A DNA stretch of 64,000 bases from Rhizodiscina lignyota (GCA_010015805.1 ML978127.1:1426001-1490000); one strand, 5' to 3'. Counted from the stretch's first letter, positions 38,410-52,221 are shown. Notes: generated by a model not told the origin, from the sequence alone. A program made the numbers and translations.

Positions 38410-40192
38410 TCAGAAATGAGAATCGACAAGGTCCTGCCCAGACTGGATCGCCCACTCGACGATCTCGAAGCCACTGATGGCGCTGGCGTAAAACGTCTTT
38501 TTCTGGCCCTGCAGCTTGTTGAATTTGTCGTAGAAGTTGTCCTTTAGTGGCGCACTGTCGAAATGTGGGAAGTAGTCCCACTTCCGGAACGCCTTGATAT
38601 CACTCTCTTTAACTGCCATACTCATCGCCGTTGCGTTTCTAGGATCCTTGTTGAATTTTGACAGCGTCGTCCTAAGAAGCTCTCTTGCGAATTCTTCGGC
38701 CTGGAACTTGCGATACGGACCGAGGGACCACCACGTGATAACGTCAGAGGAGGCTTGGAGGCGTAAACCGGCGACTGGTTCCCCGTCCTCTGGAGGCGGG
38801 ACTGCGACAGAAGAGGTGGCAGCCTGTAGCTGGATTCCATTGGGCAGATTGAAGTTGACAGCGGAGGCGTAGTAATTCTGAATGCCGACTTCGGAAAACA
38901 CTTCCTCCTCCGATCCGGTAAGCTTGAGACCGACGGCCTTGAGGTTGGTGAGGCTCGGTGGAAATGCCAGAATGACCGAAGAGCAAGCTTGTCCATTGTT
39001 ACCATAATGCCACCAATCCGGAGCTATGAAGCCGCCGCCCCAGCCCCAGCCATTCCCACCTTTAGAACCATAGCCACCCCCAGAATGGGGCTCTTTCTGC
39101 CCTTTGAACTTGACGACTGGCAGCGGACCAGACCGATCTGTGCGGATTAGTCAGAGTGAGCTGGTGAACGTGACATGAGACATGAAACTTACCGATTCCA
39201 GTGATCTCAGTATTCGTGTTGATGGGGCCTTTGATGAACTTCGCGGACCACCTCTCCCAGACAGCGTGGAAGTCTGTCGCCATCAGCGAGCTGCTAATTA
39301 GTTTTTGAGCACCATCTGTACCTGTGATGAATACATCATGGACACCAGCAAATGCCGTCAGGACGTCGGGAGTGATGTACATGAGAACGTAAAGCTAATA
39401 GTGTTAGCCTCGTCAGCGAAGAAGAGATCGTGTACGTACGGCTGGCACGACCCGAATATCTCCGTAGCCAAAGAGGGCCAAGGGCTCTACCAGCAAGACC
39501 GGGAGTGCTGTGAAGTTGTTCTCCGCAAACCATTGTGTGGCTGGAACCGTGAATTCATCCGGCACGCCTTTCTGTATCACTTGGTGTTAGTTCTGCGTGG
39601 GGAATTCCCGATATTTCGACGTATCCTACTTTGAAGTTGGGCACACGGATGGGCTGGAATTTCTCCTCCCAAAGAGCGGCATATAGTGGAATTTCCTTAG
39701 CGACTTCGGCGGCGAATGCAGCTGACGGTGTTGGGAATGGCTCGGTTTGGCCAGTCGTGACGTTGAAGGTGAATATCTCCCTGGCAGTCGGGCCGGACAC
39801 AGCGAGTGAAAACGGCTCAATGGCCACTCCAGAAGCATCAATTACCGGTAACGTGTTTGGCCAAGACGCATTCGAGAAGAAAGCCGCTCCAAGTGGATGA
39901 AAGAGGCCACTGCTGCGGTCAGCCAAGTCTCATTCTAACTTTATCTCGCACCGAATGCGAAAAGCAAAAACACCCACTCTTCGTAAAAAGCCTGACATTT
40001 TCCACCCACGTGAGCTTGCTTTTCGAACACCACGGTTTCATAGCCTTTGCTCTCGAGCTTGCTCGCAGAGATCAGGCCGGCAGGGCCAGCGCCGACGATG
40101 CACACTGGCGCCTTTGGTGGTTTCCACGGCCACGCAGCGGCTCCCAGCGAGAAAACCGACAGGACCAGAAAGAAAAGGACAGGGATCCTCAT
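38410..40192 (-). CDS. Secreted FAD-dependent oxidoreductase (amine-oxidase-like); multi-exon
   Basis: Signal peptide MRIPVLFFLVLSVFSLGAAA; CIVGAGPAGL and FEKQAHVGGKC dinucleotide-binding motifs; C-terminal WDYFPHF...LQGQKKTFYA...FEIVE; several GT-AG introns. Confidence 0.85.
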
Positions 40193-41663
40193 TGCTGGGC
40201 CGGAAGTCGATTGGTGTTGAAGAAGAGGTTGTTGAAGGAGAACGCACGCGGATGCACCAGCCTCCGCCCTTATACTTCGGAGGAGTGTTCATCGTGCCTG
40301 CCGTCCGTGCTCAAACTCAGATCAATTTGCGAGCACAGTGAATTGTTCCTGCCATCTGCATTATGTGTTGGCAGGTGCGCGAGGAGTTTAGCATGGTAAG
40401 CTTATTTAGCTCCCGCCAGGTCCTGGCAAGCACGCTGAACACATCACGCTGCCGGTAGCGACGACTCAGGCAGCTGGCGGCACAATACCGCGGTACGTGG
40501 GCGCCATGCCACGGGCACTGGGACTTTACGAAACGCCCATGCCTCATAAGGCCATAGCATGGACGAGACAGGGGCGGCGCGAGTCGCTTGCGCGAGGTGA
40601 AGTATTCAGCCAGCTCGGCTTTCAAGGGGAAATAAGTACCATGTCACCGCAGTGATGACGTCTGTCGATCGCGGCGCGCATGAGAGTTCGCTGGCATGAC
40701 CATTGCGACAGCAGCCAATGCAGCTGCATGGGAGCCAAGCAAGCTGCCGAGGACAGACGAGGGACAACTGCATTTCGTGCAGCTCTGTACCATGCTGAAC
40801 AACCAGCGGTGAACAGCAGGGGAAAAGTCCGACGTTGATGTGCATAACTAGGCGCTGTCGCCTCAATTCCAATGCGGCGGCTCATAAGTGGAGATCGGAG
40901 TTTTCGCTGGGACCCAATCCGGGTGGTTGGGTAGCTACGAGGGCCGTGCCGGGGGTACCAAATTTCGGCGGCAGGGCTGGCCGTGATTCGCCGTCGCCAT
41001 CCTACGTTTGGTGGTAATGAGAGCACAATTTTATTGCTTAGCCGCGCACTTTAGGCTGGCTGGAATCGATAGGCGTTAATTGACGAAGTGTCTTGCGCAT
41101 TGATGTTTATATTTGGTCGTGGGATGCACCATGACGCTCGCGACTGTGTCTCCGTTAGCGCTGTGCACAATCTGTCGCAGGCCTGATAAAAGGACGACCG
41201 CAAGCTTTGTTTTAATCTGCTCTGTCGCAGCACGTCCGAGCCAGTATTTCCGAACATGTCGCCAGATAATCCTCGTTGACGTGGCGGAGGCGGTGGATGA
41301 CAGTGTCGGAAAGTTTGTGCGGAGTGCAGCAAGCTGGCACGAGAGGCTGGCCGCTGGGGCGTGGCAGGCGTTGACTCGATTGCTCGCGTGGGATCCCTTG
41401 CATCAGGAACAATAGCGTGAGGGAGGAACATATTAGATACTTTCGGGGTGCGAACCCAGAGTACGGTTTATGTACATGTAGACGTGCATTTTATTAGTGG
41501 TCTGGCCTGATTCTTTTACCAGTGCGCGGTTGTTATCCTGGCACACCAGATCAGCACAATCGTCGTGTCATCTCCCCACAGACGAACCAGCTTTCAGAAC
41601 CCAGAGCAGCCGCGAAGCCGCGACTTTGAGATGCATATGAAATGGCAAAGAAAACTTAAACGC

Positions 41664-42967
41664 TCAGACGATTGTTTCTTGATTCTCCCACGGTGTTACT
41701 GTTGAGTATCGACTCTTGTCCATGCTACTTCGGTGATCAGATTTGGCAGTCCCAGGGCTGAGGCCACCGGGGGCAACCATGGTGCCACCGTCGCTTGATG
41801 TCAACGCATGTGTGTCTAGCTCCAAGTCGTTGTGCATGGGACCTTTCTGTCTTCTGCTTCCTACCGATCCAAATGACCTAGAACCCTGGGGTGTTCCACG
41901 AGTTCGTGCTCTGAATAGGAGAGGTTTCAAGGCGGGAATACAACCACAGATCACGCCTACGTTCGTCTCGACGGCAGTCCAGACCCAAAGCTCGAAGCCG
42001 TCCCAGGTGACATCGTAGGTGTCGTAGACGACGTAATGGACCCAGTACGCCCTGAAGCTTCCAGCAACGATAATGAGGGCGCCGACTCCGAAAAGCGCCA
42101 TGAGGCCAATTCGCTGGAGCGCTGGGAGCTTCAAGTGGAATAGCGTCGGCATTGGCAGAGCGTAAATCATTGCATCGGTAAGGACGTTGATAACAGTCTG
42201 AGCCACAAGCGGCGGACCTTCGGGAATGCAGTCTCCTGGGTCGGCAAGGAAGTTCCAATAGCTGCTTATCGGTCTATCGAAATCAGTCAAGCAAGCAGTG
42301 AGACCGAATGAGTTTCGACTTACACGCATTGTGTGAACAGCAGAGCCAAGAAGACGATTCCACACAGCACGATGAGCCCAAACGTCCCCCAGACCAGCCG
42401 TCGGAAGAGCGATTTTTCTGGCGCAATTCTCAAGTAGCTCACTAGGATCGACATCTTTACAAATGTCGAGGCAACGACGAAGAGAGCTTGGCCTGCCATT
42501 GACGCCTGGACATGGTTAGAGCGTGCATGCTTTCAATATCGTCCGACGTACCTGTCGCCCAATTTCGAGCTGTGAATACGGAGCGTCCCAGACATGAACG
42601 TTCCAGCCATACCGTTGGGTCGCTAATATTCAGGTCAGTCACGTCGGGGAAGTGGTGTGAACGACAATACCTAGAATGACCAGGACGGTTGTTCCGATAG
42701 AGAAGACCTGATCGCCGTTAGAGAGAGGGAGAGAGGATAACGAGGCAGCGCAAATAGAAGACATACTGCAGCGAAAACCATCAGGTAGTCATCCCACCAA
42801 CTCTTTCGAAGCCATCTTGTCCGCACCCAGAGTCGCAACGAGATGCAGATTAAAGCCAGCGAAAGAAGCGTTAGATCGACAATCATGAGCGCAGGGCCTC
42901 GAGTGACCGGGTGTGCATAGTTTGGCTTTGGCCATGTTGCCAAAACAGCTGGTGGTGGGAACCGCAT
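41664..42967 (-). CDS. Pth11-like (rhodopsin-domain) integral membrane protein without CFEM; multi-exon
   Basis: [19 protein letters not shown]...[42 protein letters not shown]. Confidence 0.9.
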
Positions 42968-45900
42968 CTGGTGAGCATCTGTTAACTCTCGATTGTCGCG
43001 TGGAAGTGTTGAAGAAGCATCACGGGACGGGACGTACTGTGAGACCTAGTGCTATGGTTATATCCGCCGCAGGTACGCTGGGGCCCCTAATCTATCACAG
43101 CAGGTCTCCACTTTGTGGAAAACGTGATGAGGGGATTCCTCCATTGCGACGCGACGGATGGCCTTTGCGACCGACGACGCGGCGGGCCATGTATTGGATC
43201 TGTATGGAATAGCAGACGGCCATCCTCAGGGTTTGCGTACCGAGCTGACAATGAGAGCAACGAAAGGCGAGACCTGCAAACTCTGCAAATTTCATTTGAC
43301 TGATTCGGGATGGCTAAGAATGGCAAAGAAACACCAATGTGCTGTTGTGCACTTTGGTTGGGTAACGGCCACAGCCATCATGGACAAGGAGTTTATGAGC
43401 GACATCCAATCAGTGTGCAAGGCCGAGGGGTCTTCAAGATTTTAGCCGAATCTGGGCCCAATCGACGCACACACTATTTTCAGTGTGAATAATGAGGAAC
43501 TGAAAGCTGACTGTGATAGGTTTAGATATGGGTACGGGAGAAACTCGTATTGTCGAGGTTCCTGCAGTAAGGACTGGATGTGATGATGGGGAAAGGCCCC
43601 AGACTGTCGACGAATTGCCCCCCTGATTGACGAGGCCGGAGTTCACCCGGCCTTCTAACCGCAACGACAGGCAACGCGGCGTTCTGACAGCTACCATTCG
43701 CGTCAGTCGTCTATCACGCGATGCAGATCGAACTATAGTCGTCGATAGTCTTTGGGGGACGTTGGACCATTATCACGCTACTTATGTATTTCGATCTACA
43801 AACGTCGCAGCAGGTCTTGTATGCAGTGGAACAATGGAAACCAGTCCAGATACAAACATGCTTTCCGCCTAGAACTTGAAAAGGGTGCTACACCCCGCTT
43901 AATGTAAGAAAGCAGTACGACTTTCCACCATCGCGCGTATGCGAAATCGTCACCTTTATCACCCTCACTCGGCGCACTTAACGGCAGACATTGGGAACAA
44001 GAACGATGAGGCGAGCCGGGGAGTCCTCCAACCGAAGGTTGTTGGTGCACTAAAATCCGAGTTGGGGTCGCGAGATAGGGTAACAGTATCGACACCTCCT
44101 GGGAAACTTGCTACGCAGCATGCGGATGTAGACTCACCATCAGTATCCTTCGTTCGATCGCGATTCAATCTACTGTCGAGGCCACCATCAGAATCATCGT
44201 CAGGAGGTCGAGGAATAACATGCCGGATTCCGATCGAGCGCGCGGTCAAGCGACTCTACGCTTGGGACAGTCTTCAGATAGAGCCTTCGGGCCATGAGCG
44301 AGAATCTAGCTTGTAGTAGCCACTGTAGAGTAGAGGGCTCTGAAGCTGCTGAACAATTTGGGCCCGGAGAGCCGTCAGCAACTTTAGCTGCATGCCTCAC
44401 TGTTGTCTCCTCTGAGTACACTGGTCCTCGCGATGAGCCAATGTAGAGCTGGTTTCATCTATACGATGGTGGCGAAACACATTATTCTCTTCCGGAGGGC
44501 AAGACTGGAGGCTTCTCAAGCTGCACCAGGCACTGGAACGGACGCGATGACTAGCAACGCGCATATCGCTCAGCTTGGAGGCAGTTTCCAGGCTACAGGC
44601 AGCGTGTTTTGTTTGGGCTGGCGTCCCAGACACTTCACCGTAGTGGAGTGATTCGGAGATTGTGCGAGGACAGAGCAGTCTGGCTGAGTGTACGCAAGAT
44701 CAATGTCGGACGAGCGTCTCGAAGGCTTGAATAGAGGTCACAGGAGATCGTGGATGGTACATCTTTGATGTGAGCAACGAATACACAGCTGACCAGTCGG
44801 ACATGAAACACTGAATTCCCCGGGCGTCGTCGCAACCTGGTGTCCTAAAATTTACGCGAAGCAAATTAGCGTAGCTCCACATTTTCATGCTTGCATCCAT
44901 GGACAATTTATCCGGACGAGAGCACGCCCAATGATGAGAGTATTCTCACGGTGAATGTGCCGTGCATTAAGCCAGTGCTTTTGCTTTTATGGCGTAAAGG
45001 GTGATAGACATGCCCTTGGGCAACAAGCCATGCGACAACGGCATGATAGTGCCCCTTGTCGTGGGGAACAGCCCGGAAAGACGGGTCGTAAAATTTGACA
45101 GGTCTACCCAAGGGTGGCAAGCGTTGAGGTTGGCTTCCGGCACAGAGGAACGCTAGTTCGGCGTAGAACGTCGTAGAAACTGGCCAAAAGCCCCAAGCTC
45201 CTCTGTCGCTACATATGTGGATGCGTTGATAATTGAGTGCAATGGATAAATTTTAAGATCGCAGGTAGTGAGAGGATAAACTCACTATCAGTCTATCGGT
45301 CACATTTCTGGGCACGGGCACGGCAAGCATATTTACTCCATACAGGGAGGAGAATCGATATGGTGGTGTGAGGCTCATGTAAAGAAGCCGCTTATAGACT
45401 ATTCGTTCGGCTGACACATGCTGAAGATGTGAATCTCGGCGTCGATGCGCAGTTCGGACCGGGTCACTTTCTCCATATGGCGGGTGCCAAAGCCAGAGTC
45501 CTGGGTTGGGATGAGAGCCAATGGACCAATGACCGAGGAATGTGAGCCAGCCCCAGTGGCGAGCCTGTGATAGAGTAGAGATGCTCCGGACGTAGCTAGG
45601 GTAAGTTGAAAGCGATACGAAAGAAGTTTGAGTTGAGCGAGCGGCAGCCAGCAGGGAGCAGCTGTGACAGTAGGAAAAGACTGCATTGCACGTTATGCGA
45701 GAAGTGACTCTGGAAAATATAGAAGCAGAGGAGGAGAGGACGGAGCATTGGAACCTGAATTCGGTGGTGGCGGCGTCATTATCGATGTCTTTTCGCAGGT
45801 GAAGTCGCAGAGGGAGGGCGCAGTCCTGATATGCATGTCAGAAGCACGCTGAACCAAAGGTTTCATGAAAAATGGTATTAGTGATCTTAGAAATCGCCAT

Positions 45901-47557
45901 CCGTATGCCTTGGAGCCTACGTGTAGGAGTGTTAATGTCGCCGAGAAAGAGACGCTGACTCCAGGAATGAAATTGGACCCGGAGGACGTTCGTCAGAACA
46001 GTGGCGTTACTTCGGTCTATCAGCCACAACTCTACTCTTTCCTTAATCGTCCAACCTCGGACGCCCTTCAGCATTTGCCTTATCTTACCTGTTTGCTTCG
46101 ACCGGCGATGTTGGCTGCCACTTTTCATTATTTTGCCATTTCTGACAAATGTATTATGCAGGCTGTTTGAAAGCGAACCCGTGCGTCGCGGCCGTGACAT
46201 GCGATTTTGCCATGCCTCCGCAGCTACTCGATCCTCGCCGACTAGTCAGATATGCACGTCTTGACCGGTGAACGTGATTATTCATTGCTCAGTCCACTAT
46301 CTCCACCTCGCAAGTTCGGACGCCTCCGAAGCTGAGCGGGTGAAACGGTTATGCTTAATGTCCTGACATGGGCTCTGCACGAATCGACAGTATCAATATT
46401 TCCAATCTGCATGCTACACTCACAGCCCCAACGCCAACCGAGAGGAGAAAGAGCAGGGTTTCGATGTCGTGCAACATTAAGCGGGTGCGTGGCTGTGGCT
46501 CAGTTGTCCTCCAGAGTGGAAAACTCGAATTGCGCCACAACGCCTTTGTCGCAACCAACCCTGTCTCCGCACTTTTCTGCACCTCATCGAATGTCGCGGG
46601 AGAACGGAGCCACAGGAGCGGTCTAAGGAGGCTCAAACTGCGGAATAGGGCGCTATGATTGGCAGACTCGGGGCTCTCTTGACTGACTTCATACGTTTTT
46701 CACCGAATCCACATGAACGATTGAACAAGTCTCCATCCACGCTCTAACCCACACCGGTCCCCACTTCAGGTATCGTGCAGCTCCCGCGCAGGGTCCGCGC
46801 CACGGCAAGGCAGCGCGAAGAATTCGCAACGTCTGTCATCCCGCAGCGCATCGCTGCAGCAGAGTAGGTACCTACTTTTGTCTGTCCTCTGGTGGGGCCC
46901 CCAATTCGAAGTCTCCAGACGCTTCGAGGGCCGTTAGCTCTCGTTGGCGCCGTCCATGTCTCCGTTTTGCTGCCTTGGCCAGTCATTCCGGCCACCCCGC
47001 GCGATTGGAGGACGGGAGGTGGATGCCTCAGCCTCTCTGCAGCGCCCGCAGCAAAAGGCCGCTAAGACGCCAATCATGGCGATGCACCTTTGACATCTTC
47101 TGACTCCCCTCCCCTCTCGGTATGCGCTCTTCGTCCCTGAGCGAAAACTTCCGTTAGAGCTCGCGCGCAAGGTAGGGGTTTGAGATATGTCATGCGCCTC
47201 GGTCGACTGTTCGACTCACGGCCCGCGCGCAATGCTCCGGTGTGTGGAGTGGAGATCTTGGGAGCCTACCGCGTTTCCTTTTTTGGCTCACCACCTGTAG
47301 GCATCAAGTGTGCCTGCCTTGAGGCACCTAGGTTATAAGTCTGGGGCTGCGCACCCTCATTGCACACTCGTTCCTTCAAGTCAATTCATTCATCGTACTG
47401 GTTGCGCTCCCAATTCATTCCAATTATCCACATTCTCGTGTGTGGAATAACATTCGCACGCGGACAGACCTTGTCGTCGTCCTATATCACCAACATCTTC
47501 CTGTCGCCGACGAAGTCCGCCAATTGGAACATCCTGAACGCGATACTATCCCCAACA

Positions 47558-48421
47558 ATGCCGTCCACCCACCGGCCCTCCTCTGCGCCTAGCAGCGCAC
47601 CCTCCTCACCTTCCTCTCCCAAGCAAGTCAACTTCGCTGGCAAAACTGGCGTGACTGACGTGTTGCGCGCTGCCTCGACCAAGGAGCATTGGACGTTTTA
47701 CGAGTTCGAGAGACACGCCGCAGAATGCCGCTCCTGCGCAGATCCCTATGCGCGCTATAAAGCTGGCAAGCGGCTTTGCAGAGATGGTAACATGTTCGCG
47801 GCGGACGTTGATACGTACATCTACTGCAAAGAGGGCAAGGTTTATAGCAGAGTTCGAGACAATGGCCAGAAAGTCCGAGTTGAGATCCCGTCTGGGTATG
47901 ATAGGACGAGTTCGCTGTTGAAGGCCATCGAAAGGGGCTCGAAGAGCAGACATCCATTCCTCAGCGCTGAAAAGCCGAAGGAACAACCTGCATCACCACG
48001 CGATCAAGCACCAGTTTCACCGCGCGGACATCATTCACCGAATCTGGAACGTGTAGTGCCAGTAATGGCATCGCCTCGTGTACACCATTCACCAACAATG
48101 GAGCGCGTAGTTCCAGTGCCAGTATCTAGACGATACAGCACTACACTACCAGCGCGACAACCCGTACAACCACCTCAACCGTACGCATACCCAGAATCAC
48201 TAGACTGGCGCTATCCATATGCACAGCGACCATTTTACGAGGCAGACGAAGGCGCGTCGACACGCGGATCACTTTATGAGACTGACATTGCACTCATGCA
48301 AGAGCGCGAGAGAAGGGAAGCAGCAATCGCGTACAATTTGGAGGTTCGCGAACCGGCGAGACATATCTCTTCGGGCTCGCGGCATCACCGGCCTCACAGA
48401 CACTCTGGGATTTTCTGGTGA
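47558..48421 (+). CDS. Hypothetical protein with Cys/His motif and SP-rich repeats
   Basis: Open 287-aa frame from ATG 47558; HAAECRSC...LC motif; TATA-like TTATAAG at about 47333. Confidence 0.75.
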   Translation: MPSTHRPSSAPSSAPSSPSSPKQVNFAGKTGVTDVLRAASTKEHWTFYEFERHAAECRSCADPYARYKAGKRLCRDGNMFAADVDTYIYCKEGKVYSRVRDNGQKVRVEIPSGYDRTSSLLKAIERGSKSRHPFLSAEKPKEQPASPRDQAPVSPRGHHSPNLERVVPVMASPRVHHSPTMERVVPVPVSRRYSTTLPARQPVQPPQPYAYPESLDWRYPYAQRPFYEADEGASTRGSLYETDIALMQERERREAAIAYNLEVREPARHISSGSRHHRPHRHSGIFW

Positions 48422-49764
48422 ACTTTGTCTATTCTGCTTGTATGATGAAATTCTTCTGAGCGTTCTGCATTCTGTCTGGAGAGGGTCACCTGCAAGGGTA
48501 TGGACATGCGTAGGCTTGCGCTCTCCACGTCTGGGAATGGGTCTTCTGGAAAAGGGCATACATCCAAACGTGACACAGGAGTCATAGACGGCTCCTTTCG
48601 GGACACAAGCACACGAATTATTCGGCTTAGGTCTAGCATACGTAGCTACACTGGAATGAACACAGTTCCTCCCGATTTCCTCCACTTCCAATACATGCAG
48701 TGACTCAGTACCACCCTTGTGCCAGCGACCTGGAACACAAGGCAGAGGCAATCGCAAGCTAGTGGCGAATCGGTAGGCCTCCAACGTCAGCATGCAATGC
48801 AGCTCCACCGGGCTTGCATGCCGTCCTGCGTATGCGGATGCCGCAGCCTTAGGGATGCCTAGCTGGTGGGCAGGATCTGAGGGGCGCAAGCGCGCCGATG
48901 GAAAGCCGAAACCGAGTCAGACTCAGGCTTATGAGGCGAGAGGGTTAGGCCTGGAGACTCAATCGCGTTCGACGATGGCGTACCGCGTGCTGGAGACGGG
49001 GCGTAGAGTCACAACGGGGTTGACACTGCGCGGAGCCTTGTCGATGAGTATCCGTCGATCTGAATCGTCATAGTAGGGTAGATTAACAGGCTGTGACAGT
49101 CATCTCGATGTCGAAGGGCGCAAGACGATAAAGGAAATAGCCGGTCTTCCACGAGCCCAGGCATTGGATCATTGAATCAGTAATGCCACTCTGGTCTGCT
49201 CTGTAGCCTTGCTCTTTCAATGATTCTGTCTCAAATTGCCGGATAAAAGCCGCAATATGGGAGTAATCAACGAGAAAGACGAAACATCCTGATAGGAAGC
49301 AGTATTATAGGATTGCAATAATACAAGACCAGTTAAATTCATTAGGCTTCCCCATTTCAATGTACGAATTCGCTAGAATGATGGCCGATTCTGATCGCAC
49401 TCGCTTGCTGCTTGAGTATTTGAATGCCTGAGACGCGTTGCAAGGCGCAACGGAGATCATAACTGAATTGATGCCGACTTAGTGAGACACAAGAACACAA
49501 GAAGTCTTTGGTCTAGGCGATGGCTGGGCAAAGCGAGGGTAAACCTGTGAACATTAGAGAGATTAAAAGTAGCGTCTTGAGTTTTCTTGTTCGCGAAGCA
49601 ATGAACTGAGACGAAGCGAGCGCCAAGCCACGTCAGCTGCCGTCCCACCTTTCCCAATTCAGTTAATTGTAAACACTGGCCTTTCATTCAAAGCAACCCA
49701 ACGTTCAATTCGCATTCTTTCGCAGCATTCCTCTCGTTTCCAAAGCAATTGAAGACATATCCAT

Positions 49765-52221
49765 ATGGCGCATGACTCTCGTGACGAGTCTCGCCGCCAA
49801 CATGACGATCAAGACGCAGAGCGCCGACGAAGACGGCGCAAACACCGTACTACAGAAAGCCAAGGCGAGCTTCTACCTAGACACGATCGCAATAGCTCTC
49901 GCCAGACTCCCTCCTACGATGCCACATATTCCTATGATACACAGGAGACCCCCAGTCCTAGCCCGCGCAAAATCCGCAGCTCACATCGTCAAGGGGATGG
50001 ATCAGTCGATGGAGGAGCCCTCTCGTTGAAAGGATTGGCGCAATTGGACAAGCATAACGAGCGGAAAGGGTGGTCTGGTCAACAGTATGATGAGCAATAC
50101 CTTGAGGAGGTTCGTGAGCGGGAAAGAAGGCTAGAGAAGGAACGGCGTAAGGAGGAGCGGCGGGCACGACGGGCAGAGAAAGATGCACAGAAGGTAGAGG
50201 TCGAAAGGGCCGAGGCCGCTGCGCAAGAAGCGCGAGAGCAAGAAAGGCAAAGAGAGGCTGAGAGAACGCGAGCCCTCGATAAGGACAAGTGGAGGAGGCG
50301 GCAAGAAGAAGTGGACAGCCAGGAACAGTACGAGGAGTATGAGTACGGGAGTCACGAGGAGGATAGGGTGAGGGTGTACAGAGACGAAAAGCATCGCAAA
50401 AGAAGATACACAGAATCTGAGAAAGACGAAAGGAGGAGACGGAGAAAGCACGATCCCGACAGAAGGGATAGGCACGACCGCAAGAAGGCGAGGGTGTTGA
50501 GCGGCCAACAGCTCGAAAAGGGCGACAAGGAGGAATATCAGTATCGGATGAAACAACGTGGGGGTGCCGGGCCATCAGAACCGCCATACAACGAGCCATG
50601 GTGGAAAAGGCGGAAGAAGTGGATCATTGGCGGCGTCATCTTCATCATCGTCCTTATTGTTGCGATTGTCGTTGGGGTGGTCGTCTCGCAGAACAAGAGT
50701 AGCCCAGTCGAAAGCCAGGCAGCTGCAGACACGCCAAAACCGAAGAATTCAAACCTCAATGGCGTGTCAGAGGACAACTATCCAAAAGGTACATACTACG
50801 ATCCATTCACTTGGTTTGATACGGCAGACTTCAACATCACCTACACAGACCAGCTTGTCGGAGGTCTTCCGATCATGGGTTTGAACTCGTCCTGGAATGA
50901 TGACGTCCAATGCAACCCTACTGTTCCAGCTCTGAAGGATACATTCGAGTATGGCAAGATGCCCATCCGTGGTATCAACATTGGAGGCTGGTTGAGCATC
51001 GAGCCGTTCATAACCCCTTCATTCTTCCAACACTACGACTCGCACGACAATGTCATCGATGAGTGGACATTGACTACAGCGCTTGGGTCCAGTCGTGCCG
51101 CTCAAACCCTCGAGCAACACTACTCTGCTTTCGTCGACTTCCAGACATTCGTCGATATCCGTAACGCTGGGTTCGACCATGTCCGTATTCCCTTCTCGTA
51201 CTGGGCTGTCACTACTTACGAAGGAGACCCCTACGTCCCGAAAATCTCATGGCGATACCTTCTCCGCGCCATTGAATGGGCCCGCCAGAATGGCCTGCGT
51301 GTTAATCTCGACTTGCACGGCATCCCTGGAAGCCAAAATGGGTGGAACCATAGTGGTCGACAAGGCGTCGTTGGCTGGCTCAACGGTACGGATGGTACTT
51401 TGAATGCCCAGCGCTCCATTGATATACACGATCAACTTTCAACCTTCTTCGCTCAACCTCGGTATAAGAACCTCATCACGATGTATGGGCTCGTCAATGA
51501 ACCGCGCATGGTTGAGCTCAACACCGCCGACGTTCTGAATTGGACAACAACCGCAATCAAGACAATCCGTGGAAACGGCATCGACGCAGTCATAGTCTTT
51601 GGCGATGGCTTCATGGGCCTGGATAACTGGCAAGGCAAGCTTACAAACGAGCAAAATCTCCTCTTGGACGTTCACCAATACGTTATTTTCAACGTGGACC
51701 AGCTCACGCTCAGCCATTCCGACAAACTCAACTTCGCGTGCAAAGGCTGGACGGCACAGATGAAGCGCAGTATGGACACCTCCACTGGCTTCGGACCGAC
51801 CATGTGTGGCGAGTGGAGTCAAGCTGATACTGATTGCGCATTGTATCTGAACGACGTTGGCATTGGTAGCCGCTGGCAAGGGACGCTGAACACAGGCAAC
51901 GCATCTACGTCTGTTCTCAGTCCAGTTTGCCCGACGAACAACAACCCTCAGTGCGAGTGCAATGATGCGAATGCTGACCCATCCGACTACTCTGATGCAT
52001 ACAAGAAATGGCTGCTGGACTTTGCAGAAGCCCAGATGGACAGCTTCGAACAGGGCTGGGGATGGTTCTACTGGACGTGGGATACAGAGCAGAGTCCGCA
52101 GTGGAGCTACAAGAAAGGCATGGCAGCTGGAATATTGCCGCAGAAGGCATACCAGAGGACCTTCCACTGTACTCAGAGTGTTCCTGATTTTGCGGGTATG
52201 GGTCTTGCAGAGAACTATTGA
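49765..52221 (+). CDS. exgD: Membrane-anchored GH5 glucan 1,3-beta-glucosidase (ExgD/Exg2-like)
   Basis: Charged cytosolic N-terminus, one TM helix, RGINIGGWLSIEPFITPS, DHVRIPFSYW, DLHGIPGSQNGWNHSG, acid/base NEP, nucleophile GEWS, GWFYWTW. Confidence 0.9.
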   Translation: MAHDSRDESRRQHDDQDAERRRRRRKHRTTESQGELLPRHDRNSSRQTPSYDATYSYDTQETPSPSPRKIRSSHRQGDGSVDGGALSLKGLAQLDKHNERKGWSGQQYDEQYLEEVRERERRLEKERRKEERRARRAEKDAQKVEVERAEAAAQEAREQERQREAERTRALDKDKWRRRQEEVDSQEQYEEYEYGSHEEDRVRVYRDEKHRKRRYTESEKDERRRRRKHDPDRRDRHDRKKARVLSGQQLEKGDKEEYQYRMKQRGGAGPSEPPYNEPWWKRRKKWIIGGVIFIIVLIVAIVVGVVVSQNKSSPVESQAAADTPKPKNSNLNGVSEDNYPKGTYYDPFTWFDTADFNITYTDQLVGGLPIMGLNSSWNDDVQCNPTVPALKDTFEYGKMPIRGINIGGWLSIEPFITPSFFQHYDSHDNVIDEWTLTTALGSSRAAQTLEQHYSAFVDFQTFVDIRNAGFDHVRIPFSYWAVTTYEGDPYVPKISWRYLLRAIEWARQNGLRVNLDLHGIPGSQNGWNHSGRQGVVGWLNGTDGTLNAQRSIDIHDQLSTFFAQPRYKNLITMYGLVNEPRMVELNTADVLNWTTTAIKTIRGNGIDAVIVFGDGFMGLDNWQGKLTNEQNLLLDVHQYVIFNVDQLTLSHSDKLNFACKGWTAQMKRSMDTSTGFGPTMCGEWSQADTDCALYLNDVGIGSRWQGTLNTGNASTSVLSPVCPTNNNPQCECNDANADPSDYSDAYKKWLLDFAEAQMDSFEQGWGWFYWTWDTEQSPQWSYKKGMAAGILPQKAYQRTFHCTQSVPDFAGMGLAENY

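Noticed and set aside
43000..47300. Many short ORFs in the long intergenic region
   Set aside because: No motifs, codon pattern or splice model; treated as a divergent regulatory region
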